DNA from: an uncultured Gemmatimonadales bacterium
GTDB taxonomy: Bacteria > Gemmatimonadota > Gemmatimonadetes > Gemmatimonadales > GWC2-71-9
Direction of reading: 5' to 3'
Length of the DNA stretch: 64,000 nt
Assembly (NCBI GenBank): GCA_963748815.1
Contig: CAVVKJ010000005.1
Span: forward strand, 480,001 to 544,000
Part shown: positions 18,851-32,250 of the stretch, one piece after another
Layout: each line of letters opens with the position of its first letter
Numbering within the stretch: the stretch's first letter is position 1
Made by a program: the position numbers and the translations under genes
The notes under the pieces: model-generated
Seen by the model: the letters and a program-made list of their open reading frames with translations, nothing else
Told to the model about the DNA's origin: nothing
Databases searched by the model: none

Positions 18851-19879
18851 ATGAGCCGACTGTTGCCGGTGCTGGCCGGGGTCCTCCTGCTCGGTTGCGC
18901 CGGCCGGGGGGATCGCGGGGGCCCGGTCTGGATCGACCGGAAGGCGGAGTCGATGAATGCCTCCTTGCAGATGACCCTGGAAGGGCGCAATCTGGCGGCC
19001 GCGGTGGAAGCGTCCCAGTCGGTCCTGAGCGCCGTGGGCGCGGCGGACGCGCTCCTCTCGGCCAATCGGTCCGACAGCCGTGTGACTGCGCTTAACGACA
19101 TCGCCGTCGGCGCGACGTCGGCCATCGATCCGGAATTGTGCCGCGTCCTGAAGGAAGTCAGCGGCCATGCCGCCGAGGTGCCCGGCGCGTTCGACATGGT
19201 CATCGGTTCCCTCGTCGACGCCTGGGATCTCGACGGTGACGGGCGCATCCCCTCCGTGGCGGAGTTGGAGGCGGCGCGCCGGGCCGCGGGCACCGGCGGG
19301 ATGCAGCTCGACTTCGACCGGTGCACGGCGCAGCGCCTCGCGGCACAGGCGGGATTCGAGCCGTGGGGGTTCGTGAAGGGGTACAGCCTTCGGGCGGGAC
19401 GCGACAGCCTGCTGGCCCATGGAGTGCATTCGGCCCAGCTGAAGTTCGGCCAGCAGGTGCTGGTGCTCGGCCCGACGGAGCAGGGTGGGCCGTGGCGGAT
19501 GGCCATTCCAAGCCCGGAGGACAAGAAGGAGGAGGTGTTCACGCTCTGGCTGGCCAGCGGCTCGGCGTCGACCTCAAGCCAGTCGCACCGATACGTGAGG
19601 GCGGCGGGCCAGACCGTCGGGCACATCCTCGACCCGAGGACGGGAACGCCGGTAGCGGGGTGGGGAAGCCTGACGGTGGTGGCGCAGGACCCCCTGCGGG
19701 CCGACGTCCTGTCGACCGCCCTCTTCGTCCTGGGTCCCGACAGTGCCTATGCGTGGGCGGAGCGGCACAACGACGTGGGCGTCCTGGTGCTGGATCGGCG
19801 GGACGGCGCCATCCGCTTTCGGTACAACGAGGGACTGCGCCCGGCGCTCGATTCCGCGACCGCCACGCCCATCCGCTGA
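18851..19879 (+). CDS. apbE: FAD:protein FMN transferase (ApbE family) lipoprotein
   Basis: LLLGC lipobox; GAFD, GFVKGY, HILDPRTG.P, ADVLSTALFVLG. Confidence 0.88.
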   Translation: MSRLLPVLAGVLLLGCAGRGDRGGPVWIDRKAESMNASLQMTLEGRNLAAAVEASQSVLSAVGAADALLSANRSDSRVTALNDIAVGATSAIDPELCRVLKEVSGHAAEVPGAFDMVIGSLVDAWDLDGDGRIPSVAELEAARRAAGTGGMQLDFDRCTAQRLAAQAGFEPWGFVKGYSLRAGRDSLLAHGVHSAQLKFGQQVLVLGPTEQGGPWRMAIPSPEDKKEEVFTLWLASGSASTSSQSHRYVRAAGQTVGHILDPRTGTPVAGWGSLTVVAQDPLRADVLSTALFVLGPDSAYAWAERHNDVGVLVLDRRDGAIRFRYNEGLRPALDSATATPIR

Positions 19880-19892
19880 TCCCGGCCCAGCG

Positions 19893-20543
19893 CTACGGCT
19901 TGGCGCTGGTGTCAGGCACCTGCTGCGAGCTCTGGGAGCGCGCCCGGGCCGACACCCGGGCCAGCTCCCGGTCAAAGGTCGAGATCTTCGAACTCCATCC
20001 CTCCGCCGCCACCGATCCGTAGCTGAAAACGATGGGTGAGTAGACCGGCAACTCATCGGCAAACACGTACAGCCCCTGCCCGACGGCCTGCTGCGGAAGC
20101 TGCTGCCGGTTGAAGTTCGCATTGAGCGGAATGATGCCGACCGGATCGACCCGGATCGAGTTGACGGAGACGCCGATCGAGGTCGCATCAAACCGGACAT
20201 CGGGGACGTTGCCGTAGACGGTGACCAGCATGAGGCCGGGCTGCGTCGATCCGCTGTACCGGCTCACCGAATCGATGGCGACATGCCGGCTCGCGATCAT
20301 GCCGGAGAGCGCCCGGTAGGCGTCCGGGGCCAGCAGCCGGAGGAGCCGCTCGTTGAGCGGCTGGAATCGCACGGTCAGCTGGCTGTTTGCGATCGAGATG
20401 GAAATCTGTTCCTGCGTGAGCGAGCCCAGTCCCATCGGGGGCATCGTCCCCATGGGGTCGGCGGGCTGCTGGGAGTGCGCCGGGCCCGAGTGCGCGCAGG
20501 CACAGAGGGCCAGCACGGCTGCGAGTCGGCGAATGGTCGTCAT
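19893..20543 (-). CDS. Hypothetical exported protein, coupled to engB
   Basis: Signal-like N-terminus with Cys; ATGA overlap with engB stop. Confidence 0.7.
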   Translation of the reverse strand: MTTIRRLAAVLALCACAHSGPAHSQQPADPMGTMPPMGLGSLTQEQISISIANSQLTVRFQPLNERLLRLLAPDAYRALSGMIASRHVAIDSVSRYSGSTQPGLMLVTVYGNVPDVRFDATSIGVSVNSIRVDPVGIIPLNANFNRQQLPQQAVGQGLYVFADELPVYSPIVFSYGSVAAEGWSSKISTFDRELARVSARARSQSSQQVPDTSAKP

Positions 20544-21169
20544 GAGGACGGTCCTTGCTCTGCGACGGCCAGGATGCTCTCGCCGAGGTCGGCGATCCCT
20601 TCCCCCGTCACGATACTGGTTGGCTGCAACTCGTCGGCGGCCATCTCGAGGGTGCGGGCCAGGGCGAGCAGGCGCTCCCGCGCCGCCACCCGCCCCAGCT
20701 TGTCGGTCTTGGTCAAGACGGCCAGCACCGGGTGGCCGGCGGCCGCGAGCAGGTGCCGGACGTCCTGGTCCTCAGCGGACAGCTCGCGCCGAATGTCCAG
20801 CATCCAGACCACCCCGGCCAGCGTGGCCCGGTGCTCCACGTAGCCGTTCAGGAGTTCGCGGAATCCGGCGCGGGCGGTCTTGCTGGCCCGCGCGAAGCCA
20901 TAGCCGGGCAGGTCCACCAGGTAGAGGCCGGGCAGCCGGAAGACGTTGACCAGCCGCGTCTTGCCGGGCGTCCCGCTCACGCGCGCGAGTCCCTTCTTGC
21001 CCACGAGGGCGTTGAGCAGACTCGACTTCCCGACGTTGGACCGCCCGACGAACGCGACCTCGGGTAGCGGCGGATCCAGGCGCACGCGCGGATCGGGGAA
21101 GGACCCGACGAACTCGATGGGAAGGCTGGACAGCGGGGGAGCGGCGGGGCCGCGGGGCTGGGAAGCCGT
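20540..21169 (-). CDS. engB: Ribosome biogenesis GTPase YihA/YsxC; start uncertain
   Basis: G1 [10 protein letters not shown]2 TPGKT, G3 DLPGYG, G4 TKTD; follows clpX. Confidence 0.92.
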   Translation of the reverse strand, partial: TASQPRGPAAPPLSSLPIEFVGSFPDPRVRLDPPLPEVAFVGRSNVGKSSLLNALVGKKGLARVSGTPGKTRLVNVFRLPGLYLVDLPGYGFARASKTARAGFRELLNGYVEHRATLAGVVWMLDIRRELSAEDQDVRHLLAAAGHPVLAVLTKTDKLGRVAARERLLALARTLEMAADELQPTSIVTGEGIADLGESILAVAEQGPSS

Positions 21170-21177
21170 CGCGCCTC

Positions 21178-22425
<1,248 letters not shown>

Positions 22426-22494
22426 GCGCTGGCCGCCGATGGTGAAGGGGGGACCCAACCCGAAAGGTGGGTCGGGTCCCGGGGGGCGTCAAGG

Positions 22495-23112
22495 CTAGGC
22501 CGGGGGGGCCAGCCAATCCTTGTGGGGCTCGAAGACCGTGTCAATCAAGCCGTACTCCTTGGCCTCTTCCGCACTCATGAACCGGTCCCGGTCCATGTCC
22601 CGCTCGATCGTTTCGATCGGCTGGCCGGTGTGTAAGCTGTAGAGCTGGTTCATCTTAGAGCGGAGGTAGAGGATCTCACGGGCCTGGATCTCGATGTCCG
22701 ATGCGGTGCCTTGGGCGCCGCCGGACGGCTGGTGAATCATGATCCGGCTGTGGGGCAGGGCGCTCCGCTTCCCCTTGGCTCCAGCCGAGAGGAGGAACGA
22801 CCCCATGGAGGCCGCCATCCCCATGCAGATCGTGTTCACCGGGGCCCGAAGGTGCTGCATCGTGTCGTAGATGGCCATCCCGCTCGACACCACGCCACCC
22901 GGACTGTTGAGGTACAGGTAGATGTCCTTCTCGGGGTTGTCGGCCTCGAGAAAGAGCAGCTGGGCGATGATGATGTTGGCGACGTCGTCGTTGATGCCGG
23001 CGCCGAGGAAGACGATTCGGTCCATCAGCAGGCGGCTGAAAATGTCGTAGGTGCGCTCGCCGCGGCTGGACCGCTCGATGATGTACGGAGGATAGACAGA
23101 CACTGGGCTCAC
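22495..23112 (-). CDS. clpP: Clp protease proteolytic subunit
   Basis: [45 protein letters not shown]. Confidence 0.99.
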   Translation of the reverse strand: MSPVSVYPPYIIERSSRGERTYDIFSRLLMDRIVFLGAGINDDVANIIIAQLLFLEADNPEKDIYLYLNSPGGVVSSGMAIYDTMQHLRAPVNTICMGMAASMGSFLLSAGAKGKRSALPHSRIMIHQPSGGAQGTASDIEIQAREILYLRSKMNQLYSLHTGQPIETIERDMDRDRFMSAEEAKEYGLIDTVFEPHKDWLAPPA

Positions 23113-24353
23113 CCTTCCACGGTGGATTGCTGGAGCAGGTAACCAAAAACCTTGTCCTCGGTGATGGCGCGCTCGAGTTCCGGGAGTCGCTTCGCCTTCT
23201 GCAGCGACGCGTACACCTGGCCGGCCGGGACGTTGCGGGCCGAGGCCATGGCTGCGATACGGGCGTCGACGTCCGCTTCGGTCGCGTAGAGGCTCTGGGC
23301 CTCGGCCACCGCGGACAGGACGAGGTCGCGCCGGACCTGGGCCTCCGCCACCGGCTGGAACTGCGCCGCGAACTCCGGCTCCTTCTCGTGCGGCACGCCG
23401 TAGGCGTGCAGGTAGCCGTGGATCACGCGGTGGACCAGCGAGGGAGGGGCCTCGACGTTGTTCGCCTCGACCAGCTTCTGGATCAGCTGATCGCGCACCC
23501 GGGCATCGGCCTCCCGTACGGCCTCCTGTTCGAGGTCACTGCGCACGGCCGCGCGGAGCCCGGCCAAGTCGTCGAAATCGCCGACTTCGCGCGCGAACGC
23601 GTCGTCGAGGGGAGGCAGTTCCTGCCGCTTCACCTCGTGGAGCGCCACCTTGAGCTTCCGGACCATCCCGCGTCGGCTCTCGTCGGGGTGGTCCTCCGGG
23701 AGGCGGACCTCCGTCTCGGCGACTTCGCCCGGCTGCAGCTCCATGATCCGTTCCTCGAGGGCCGGCAGCGCCTGCCCCTCGCCGAGCACGATGGAGTGCG
23801 GTTGCGGCTCGGGCGAGGCATCGTCGTCGAGCGGGGTAACGTCCACCTGGACCATGTGCCCTGGGGCGGGCTTCTGCCCCTCCACCGGGAGCCAGGTCGC
23901 CTTCTGCTCGCGGAGCTTCCCGATCTGCTCCTCGATCTGCGGCTCCGAGACCTCGGGGACCTCGCGGGTGATGGTGAACCCGCCGACGGTGGAGACAGTC
24001 ACCTCGGGGCGCACTTCGACGTGCAACTCGAACTCGATGGCACCGCCGTCGTCAAACTTGAGGTTCCGGACCGACGGATCGGCCACGGGTTTCAGCGCCT
24101 CGGACTCGCGCGCCTGGTCCCAGCTCTCGCGAATGACTTCGTCGAGGACCGTCTGGCGGATGGCGTCGTGATAGCGCTTGCGGACGATGGCGGGGGGGGC
24201 GTGACCCTTCCGGAATCCCGGCAGCCTGACATTGCGGGAGACCTGCTGAACGGCCCGGTCCTCAGCCAGCCGGACGCGCTCGACCGGCACGGTCACCTGG
24301 AGGGACTTCGACGCGGCGTCGCCGCTGGTCGCTTGAATCGTGATGGTAGTCAT
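23109..24353 (-). CDS. tig: Trigger factor
   Basis: Ribosome-binding loop [19 protein letters not shown]; synteny with clpPX. Confidence 0.97.
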   Translation of the reverse strand: MTTITIQATSGDAASKSLQVTVPVERVRLAEDRAVQQVSRNVRLPGFRKGHAPPAIVRKRYHDAIRQTVLDEVIRESWDQARESEALKPVADPSVRNLKFDDGGAIEFELHVEVRPEVTVSTVGGFTITREVPEVSEPQIEEQIGKLREQKATWLPVEGQKPAPGHMVQVDVTPLDDDASPEPQPHSIVLGEGQALPALEERIMELQPGEVAETEVRLPEDHPDESRRGMVRKLKVALHEVKRQELPPLDDAFAREVGDFDDLAGLRAAVRSDLEQEAVREADARVRDQLIQKLVEANNVEAPPSLVHRVIHGYLHAYGVPHEKEPEFAAQFQPVAEAQVRRDLVLSAVAEAQSLYATEADVDARIAAMASARNVPAGQVYASLQKAKRLPELERAITEDKVFGYLLQQSTVEG

Positions 24354-24406
24354 GATGGGGGGAAATCTACCCGACCGCCGGGACCCGGGCAAACCAACGT
24401 CGTCGC

Positions 24407-24634
24407 TCAGCCGCCCGGGCGGGGCGGGAGGTCCCGGGCGACCGCGGGATCCCGGAACCCCTCGCGGGCGTGGGCGCCGTCGCAGAACGGCTTGTTCGTG
24501 GAATGGCCGCAGCGACAGAGGGTGATCGTCGACCGGCCGCCGAGTCCAAAGCGGGTGCCTTCCACGTCCGCCATCGCAAAGTCGCCTTCGATGCGGATCG
24601 GTCCGTTCGGGTTGATGACGACGCGCGCCGAGAT
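24407..24634 (-). CDS. CDGSH-type iron-sulfur domain protein; apparent ATC start
   Basis: NGPIRIEG, LCRCGHSTNKPFCDGAH; GGAGG just upstream of ATC-TCG-GCG-CGC. Confidence 0.85.
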   Translation of the reverse strand: MSARVVINPNGPIRIEGDFAMADVEGTRFGLGGRSTITLCRCGHSTNKPFCDGAHAREGFRDPAVARDLPPRPGG

Positions 24635-24654
24635 ACGACCTCCCTGAGAATGAG

Positions 24655-24735
24655 TGCGACCGGAGGGACTCGAACCCCCACGGGTTTCCCCACCTGGTCC
24701 TAAGCCAGGCGCGTCTGCCATTCCGCCACGGTCGC
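24655..24735 (-). tRNA. tRNA-Leu (anticodon TAG); CCA not encoded
   Basis: Acceptor GCGACCG/CGGTCGC, D-loop GGAATGGCAGAC, anticodon arm CCTGG-CTTAGGA-CCAGG, long variable arm, GTTCGAGTCC. Confidence 0.96.
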
Positions 24736-24756
24736 CGATGCTGGTCTGGTGGGGCG

Positions 24757-25665
24757 TCAGGACTCCCCGCCGGTGTCTCCCCGCAATTCGCGCTCGATCG
24801 CGCCGAGGGTTCCCCGGGTTTCCGGTGTACCCTCCCCGGTTTTCCGGAGGCGCTTCGCCTCGCGCTCCAACTCCCGCTTGAACAGTTCCTCCGCGACCGC
24901 CTGGCGCTGCTTCAGCTCGGCGGCGAATTCGGGGTCCCGGGCCAGGCGCTGCACATCCTCGCGCACGCGGGTGACAAGTTCGGCCACATGTTCCCGTGCA
25001 TGCTGGGCGTCGACGTCGTTCGCGGGAAGCGCGGCGAGGCGCCGACCCACGCGTTCCAGCAGCCGCAGGTAGGCCTCACTCGGCTCGGCCTGCCGCACAC
25101 GGTCAAGGTCCTTCGCCGCCGCGGGGTTGGTACGCGCCCGCCGCTCGAGATCCGCCGTCTCGGCGAGCAGCGCCCCGGCGACCAGGTTGGCGGAGGTGCG
25201 GAATTCTCCGTACGACTCCCGGCCGCTCCGCCCGAGCGCCCGGGCCACGATCAGGCCGTTCAGCGCACCCAGCCCTCCGACGATGATGGGGGCAAACGCG
25301 CGGTCGAGCCCGAGCACCTCCCCCCGGCCGAGGAGGCGGAGGAGGCCCAGGTAGATGAGTGCGGCGCCGGCGTTCGCGATGATCCACAGGGCGTAGTAGC
25401 CTAGCGGTCCCGCGTTGCGCAGCCCGGCCAGGACCAGGGCGATGGCCCCGCCGGCCGCGCCCGCCACGAGGCCGGCCATGCCCATGTCGAGGACCGCGGC
25501 AGGCACATCGGTCCGCCCCTGCACGAGCCAGACGGGGACGCTGGCGAGGACCAGGCCCGCCGTGACAGCCAGCCCGAGCAGCGCCCCCCAGAAGGGGGGT
25601 TGCAGCGCCGGCGGGAGCCGTTCGGCTGTCTCGACCACGCGCAGGAGTCGGGAACGACGGGTCAT
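24757..25665 (-). CDS. Hypothetical membrane protein (about 4 TM segments, charged helical C-terminus)
   Basis: Hydrophobic segments in N-terminal half; ATG 4 nt after upstream stop. Confidence 0.7.
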   Translation of the reverse strand: MTRRSRLLRVVETAERLPPALQPPFWGALLGLAVTAGLVLASVPVWLVQGRTDVPAAVLDMGMAGLVAGAAGGAIALVLAGLRNAGPLGYYALWIIANAGAALIYLGLLRLLGRGEVLGLDRAFAPIIVGGLGALNGLIVARALGRSGRESYGEFRTSANLVAGALLAETADLERRARTNPAAAKDLDRVRQAEPSEAYLRLLERVGRRLAALPANDVDAQHAREHVAELVTRVREDVQRLARDPEFAAELKQRQAVAEELFKRELEREAKRLRKTGEGTPETRGTLGAIERELRGDTGGES

Positions 25666-25669
25666 GTGC

Positions 25670-26164
25670 TCACTCCAGCAGCCAGCCGAGGAAGATCCAG
25701 GAGACGCGCTCGCCATTGAGGCCGACGCGCATGACGTGCAGGCCGTCCTCGTGGTCTGGCGCCACGTAGTCCCACGCCGAGCCGGTCCGGCGCTGGGGTC
25801 GGCCGTACAATTCGCCCACGCGGGTGGCGGGGTCGCCGGGGCGAAGCCCCCGTGCGGTCGCCACCCCCGGGCCTGTCAGGGTGGCGCCGTATCGGAGTCC
25901 ATCGTCCGCGAGGGCAATCGCCAGGTCGGGGTAGACCCACGCCAGCAGGTCGATGTCCGGCTCGTCGGGGTCGGGGATCGAGATGACGGAGTCGGGTTCG
26001 CCGAGGACCGCCAGAATCTCCGACGAATCGGCGTCATCGGGCAGGCCGGCCACCACGAAGTCGCTGTCTGCGAGCCAGGGGCTGCCTGCCTCCCGCGGGG
26101 CGTCGCGGGAGCACGCCAAAGTGAGGGCCAGGACGGCCAGGCGGAAGGGGGTAGGGAAATTCAC
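25670..26164 (-). CDS. Hypothetical lipoprotein
   Basis: LALTLAC lipobox; internal repeat LGEPD / YGRPQ. Confidence 0.7.
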   Translation of the reverse strand: MNFPTPFRLAVLALTLACSRDAPREAGSPWLADSDFVVAGLPDDADSSEILAVLGEPDSVISIPDPDEPDIDLLAWVYPDLAIALADDGLRYGATLTGPGVATARGLRPGDPATRVGELYGRPQRRTGSAWDYVAPDHEDGLHVMRVGLNGERVSWIFLGWLLE

Positions 26165-26184
26165 GCTGTAATGTAAGCCTCAAA

Positions 26185-26222
26185 GCGGTGTTGGGACACG
26201 GCATGCCGTCTCCCAACACCGC
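26185..26222 (-). terminator. Long hairpin after htrA (terminator / REP-like palindrome)
   Basis: Plus strand GCGGTGTTGGGACACGGCATGCCGTCTCCCAACACCGC; followed by TTT on the minus strand. Confidence 0.7.
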
Positions 26223-26245
26223 CCCGTCCCGCGACCGTCCACTCC

Positions 26246-27844
<1,599 letters not shown>

Positions 27845-27943
27845 GGGGCGGACTCTCAGTCGTGGATGTATGGGCGCACTTCCCGGCGCAGCCGGGCTAT
27901 TCCATCATAACCCGGATGCGCAGGAAAAAGTTTCGGTCGCGGA

Positions 27944-29859
<1,916 letters not shown>

Positions 29860-29948
29860 GCGGGTCAGTTCCTTTCTCGGGAAATCACGCACGTCGACCG
29901 GCGGCTGGAGGCCGCAGGCGCGATGCGAACGGTATCGGAACCGTCTAG

Positions 29949-29989
29949 GGCAACCCCTATACCGTGATTTGCTGCCATTTTGACAGCAA
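29949..29989 (-). promoter_or_regulatory. Putative sigma-54 (-24/-12) promoter and adjacent palindrome upstream of dnaK
   Basis: Minus strand CGGTATAGGGGTTGCC (GG-N10-GC); plus strand TTGCTGCCA-TTT-TGACAGCAA at 29969-29989. Confidence 0.55.
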
Positions 29990-30069
29990 TCTATGTTATT
30001 GATAGTAAGACAGTTACGACAAGCCCGACCCTGACGACAGGATCGGGCTGGGGGGGGATTGACGAGGAG

Positions 30070-32220
30070 CTAGAAGGACTGGGCGAACGAGAAGGTGAAG
30101 GTCCAGTCACCGCCTTCGAGCGGGCGCGCCGCGCCGAAGCCGAGGAGGGTACCAAAGAGGCTGAGCCGGATTTCCTGCGTCGACTTGACGCCATCCGACA
30201 CCACGGAGAAGGGCTCGGTGACGCCATTGACGGTCTGCGTACCGACCGCGTCCAGGGCTGCTTGCGCCGCGTCGTTGGTCGTGTTGGTGTATCCGGCGTA
30301 GAACCGGTACGAGAAGTTCGGGGCGATGGGGGGGATCGTCGCATTGCCGATCTTGAGCGGCGCCTGGAGGAAGGGCAGCGGTACCGCAATCATCCAGCGG
30401 CTGAGCCCGCCCACGTTCCCGCCGAACTGGTCGTAGTCGTAGCCCGGCATGGACCCCGAGCCGCCGATCAGGAAGAGCTGCTGGGTGGGGGGATTGTCAG
30501 CGATCGTGGTGCCGGCATCTGCGACCATGGTGAAGGTGAGGACCTTCCAGTTGAGACGGACGACGAACCCGGCCTGGATCCGCTGATACGGCAGGTCGCC
30601 ACCGCCGGCTTCGTACGTGGCGTGGAGCCCGATGCCGGTCTTGGTGAAATGCGAGCTGACTTCCGGGTGCCAGTTCACGCCGACCTGCACGCGGGGATAC
30701 TCATAGGCGACGACGTTCGGGTTGATGGTATAGGCCTGCCCCAGGGGTCCGGAGGAGAGATCTGCGACGGTGCGCCGATCGTCGATCCAGTCGATCCGGG
30801 CGGTGACCCCGCCGGGATTCAGCTGGTTGAAGAACCACTCGCCACCGACTCCAACCGTCAACCGATCCACGTAGTCGTAGTTGTCCTGCTGGAAGAGCGC
30901 GCGGACGCCCCGATTGTAGTCGAGCGGGTCGGCAAACTTCGTGGCGAGGTCGAGGTCGCGCATCGCCTTCACGTTGGTGGCCCACCGTGGACGGCCCAGC
31001 GTGGCCGTCACGCCGCCTCGCGGAAGCCCGGGCCACATGGCGTACCCGGCGGTCCCGCGCACCTTCAGTCCCGGCACCGCGTCGCGGAAATACATCGTGC
31101 CGGAGACGCCGAGATAGAGCCCTTCCACGCGGTTGAACCGGAGCGCCTCCAGCGTCGTCGGGCCGCGCCACAGGTACTCGGGAGGGCCGTCCGGCCGGAG
31201 GGCCAGCGGCCCAACGCTGAACAGATCGGCCGTCTCCACCGAGTTGATCGGCGTGTTTGGCGGCAGCTTCCAATCGCGAAAGTGGCGGAGGCTGTCTTTC
31301 GTCACTACCGAGCGGCCGGGCTCGAGCGGCGGGAGCGGGGGTGGCGGCTCGCCCGGAGCGCCGACGATCGCCTCGATCTCCCCGAGACGTGACATCACGC
31401 GAAGGATGCTCCAGCTCTCGGTGGTCAGCGGAATCAGCACTTCGAGGTCGATGCGCTGATAGGTCGGGAGCCACCCCGCACCCGGCACCTCCGTGGTCAC
31501 GATATCCGCGACCGAGCCGTTGATGGCCAGCTTGTTCAGGAACTTGGCCCGTCCCGATTCGGGCGGCCCCCCGATGGTGAGAAACTGCCCTTTCAGGCGG
31601 CGGAGGATGCCCGTTTCCGGGTCGAGGTAGAGCTCGCCCCGGAAGATCTTTTCACGAGTGGCTCCGGCTTCGAGGGGCCACACCTCGACCCGCACGACCC
31701 GCTGCGGCGCGCCGGTCGGAAAGGCGATGGTGACGGTGTCGCCGCCCTCGAACCGGTAGTACCGCTCCCGATCGGGACCGAGCGGTGACCACGCCGAGTA
31801 GTCCCCACTCGAATCGGCCCCGACCGCCGTCTTGGCGCCGCTCGACGAACCGAAGAGGTCGATCCTGGGCCCGGTCAGGGTCGGGATGATCCAGCCGTTG
31901 GAAAGCGCCGCCGAGCCGGGGAGGGGGACACCCGTCGTAACGACGCGATACCCGAGCTGATGCTGGCCGTACCCGCTGTCGGCGATCCAGGTGAACACGC
32001 CGGCGGTTTGCTCGATGGTGGAGGCCCCTTGAATCCGATCCGGCAGGAGCTTGATCAGGGCCACTTCGGACTCGTACCGCGCCGTGTAGCCCCGGAGGCT
32101 TTCCGGGGGCCTCGCATTGGCGGCCTCCGCCCTGGCAATGACGTCGCGCAGGGCCTGGGAGGAATACGACGCCGTATCCTGGGGCACGGCCTGGGAGAGG
32201 AGCAGGAGCAGCGGGAGCAT
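30070..32220 (-). CDS. Secreted protein with probable C-terminal outer-membrane beta-barrel, paralog-like to 4167-6209
   Basis: Short signal peptide; RFNRVEGLYLG; C-terminal FTFSFAQSF ending in Phe. Confidence 0.72.
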   Translation of the reverse strand: MLPLLLLLSQAVPQDTASYSSQALRDVIARAEAANARPPESLRGYTARYESEVALIKLLPDRIQGASTIEQTAGVFTWIADSGYGQHQLGYRVVTTGVPLPGSAALSNGWIIPTLTGPRIDLFGSSSGAKTAVGADSSGDYSAWSPLGPDRERYYRFEGGDTVTIAFPTGAPQRVVRVEVWPLEAGATREKIFRGELYLDPETGILRRLKGQFLTIGGPPESGRAKFLNKLAINGSVADIVTTEVPGAGWLPTYQRIDLEVLIPLTTESWSILRVMSRLGEIEAIVGAPGEPPPPLPPLEPGRSVVTKDSLRHFRDWKLPPNTPINSVETADLFSVGPLALRPDGPPEYLWRGPTTLEALRFNRVEGLYLGVSGTMYFRDAVPGLKVRGTAGYAMWPGLPRGGVTATLGRPRWATNVKAMRDLDLATKFADPLDYNRGVRALFQQDNYDYVDRLTVGVGGEWFFNQLNPGGVTARIDWIDDRRTVADLSSGPLGQAYTINPNVVAYEYPRVQVGVNWHPEVSSHFTKTGIGLHATYEAGGGDLPYQRIQAGFVVRLNWKVLTFTMVADAGTTIADNPPTQQLFLIGGSGSMPGYDYDQFGGNVGGLSRWMIAVPLPFLQAPLKIGNATIPPIAPNFSYRFYAGYTNTTNDAAQAALDAVGTQTVNGVTEPFSVVSDGVKSTQEIRLSLFGTLLGFGAARPLEGGDWTFTFSFAQSF

Positions 32221-32250
32221 GGTCGATCGTCCGTGGCGGGGTAGGTCCGC

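Noticed and set aside
9015..19879. NosD-like protein plus ApbE as a nitrous oxide reductase cluster
   Set aside because: The genes are over 8 kb apart and no nosZ, nosF, nosY or nosL is present
24655..24760. tRNA-Leu as an integration site
   Set aside because: No integrase and no duplicated tRNA 3' end seen; flanked by housekeeping genes
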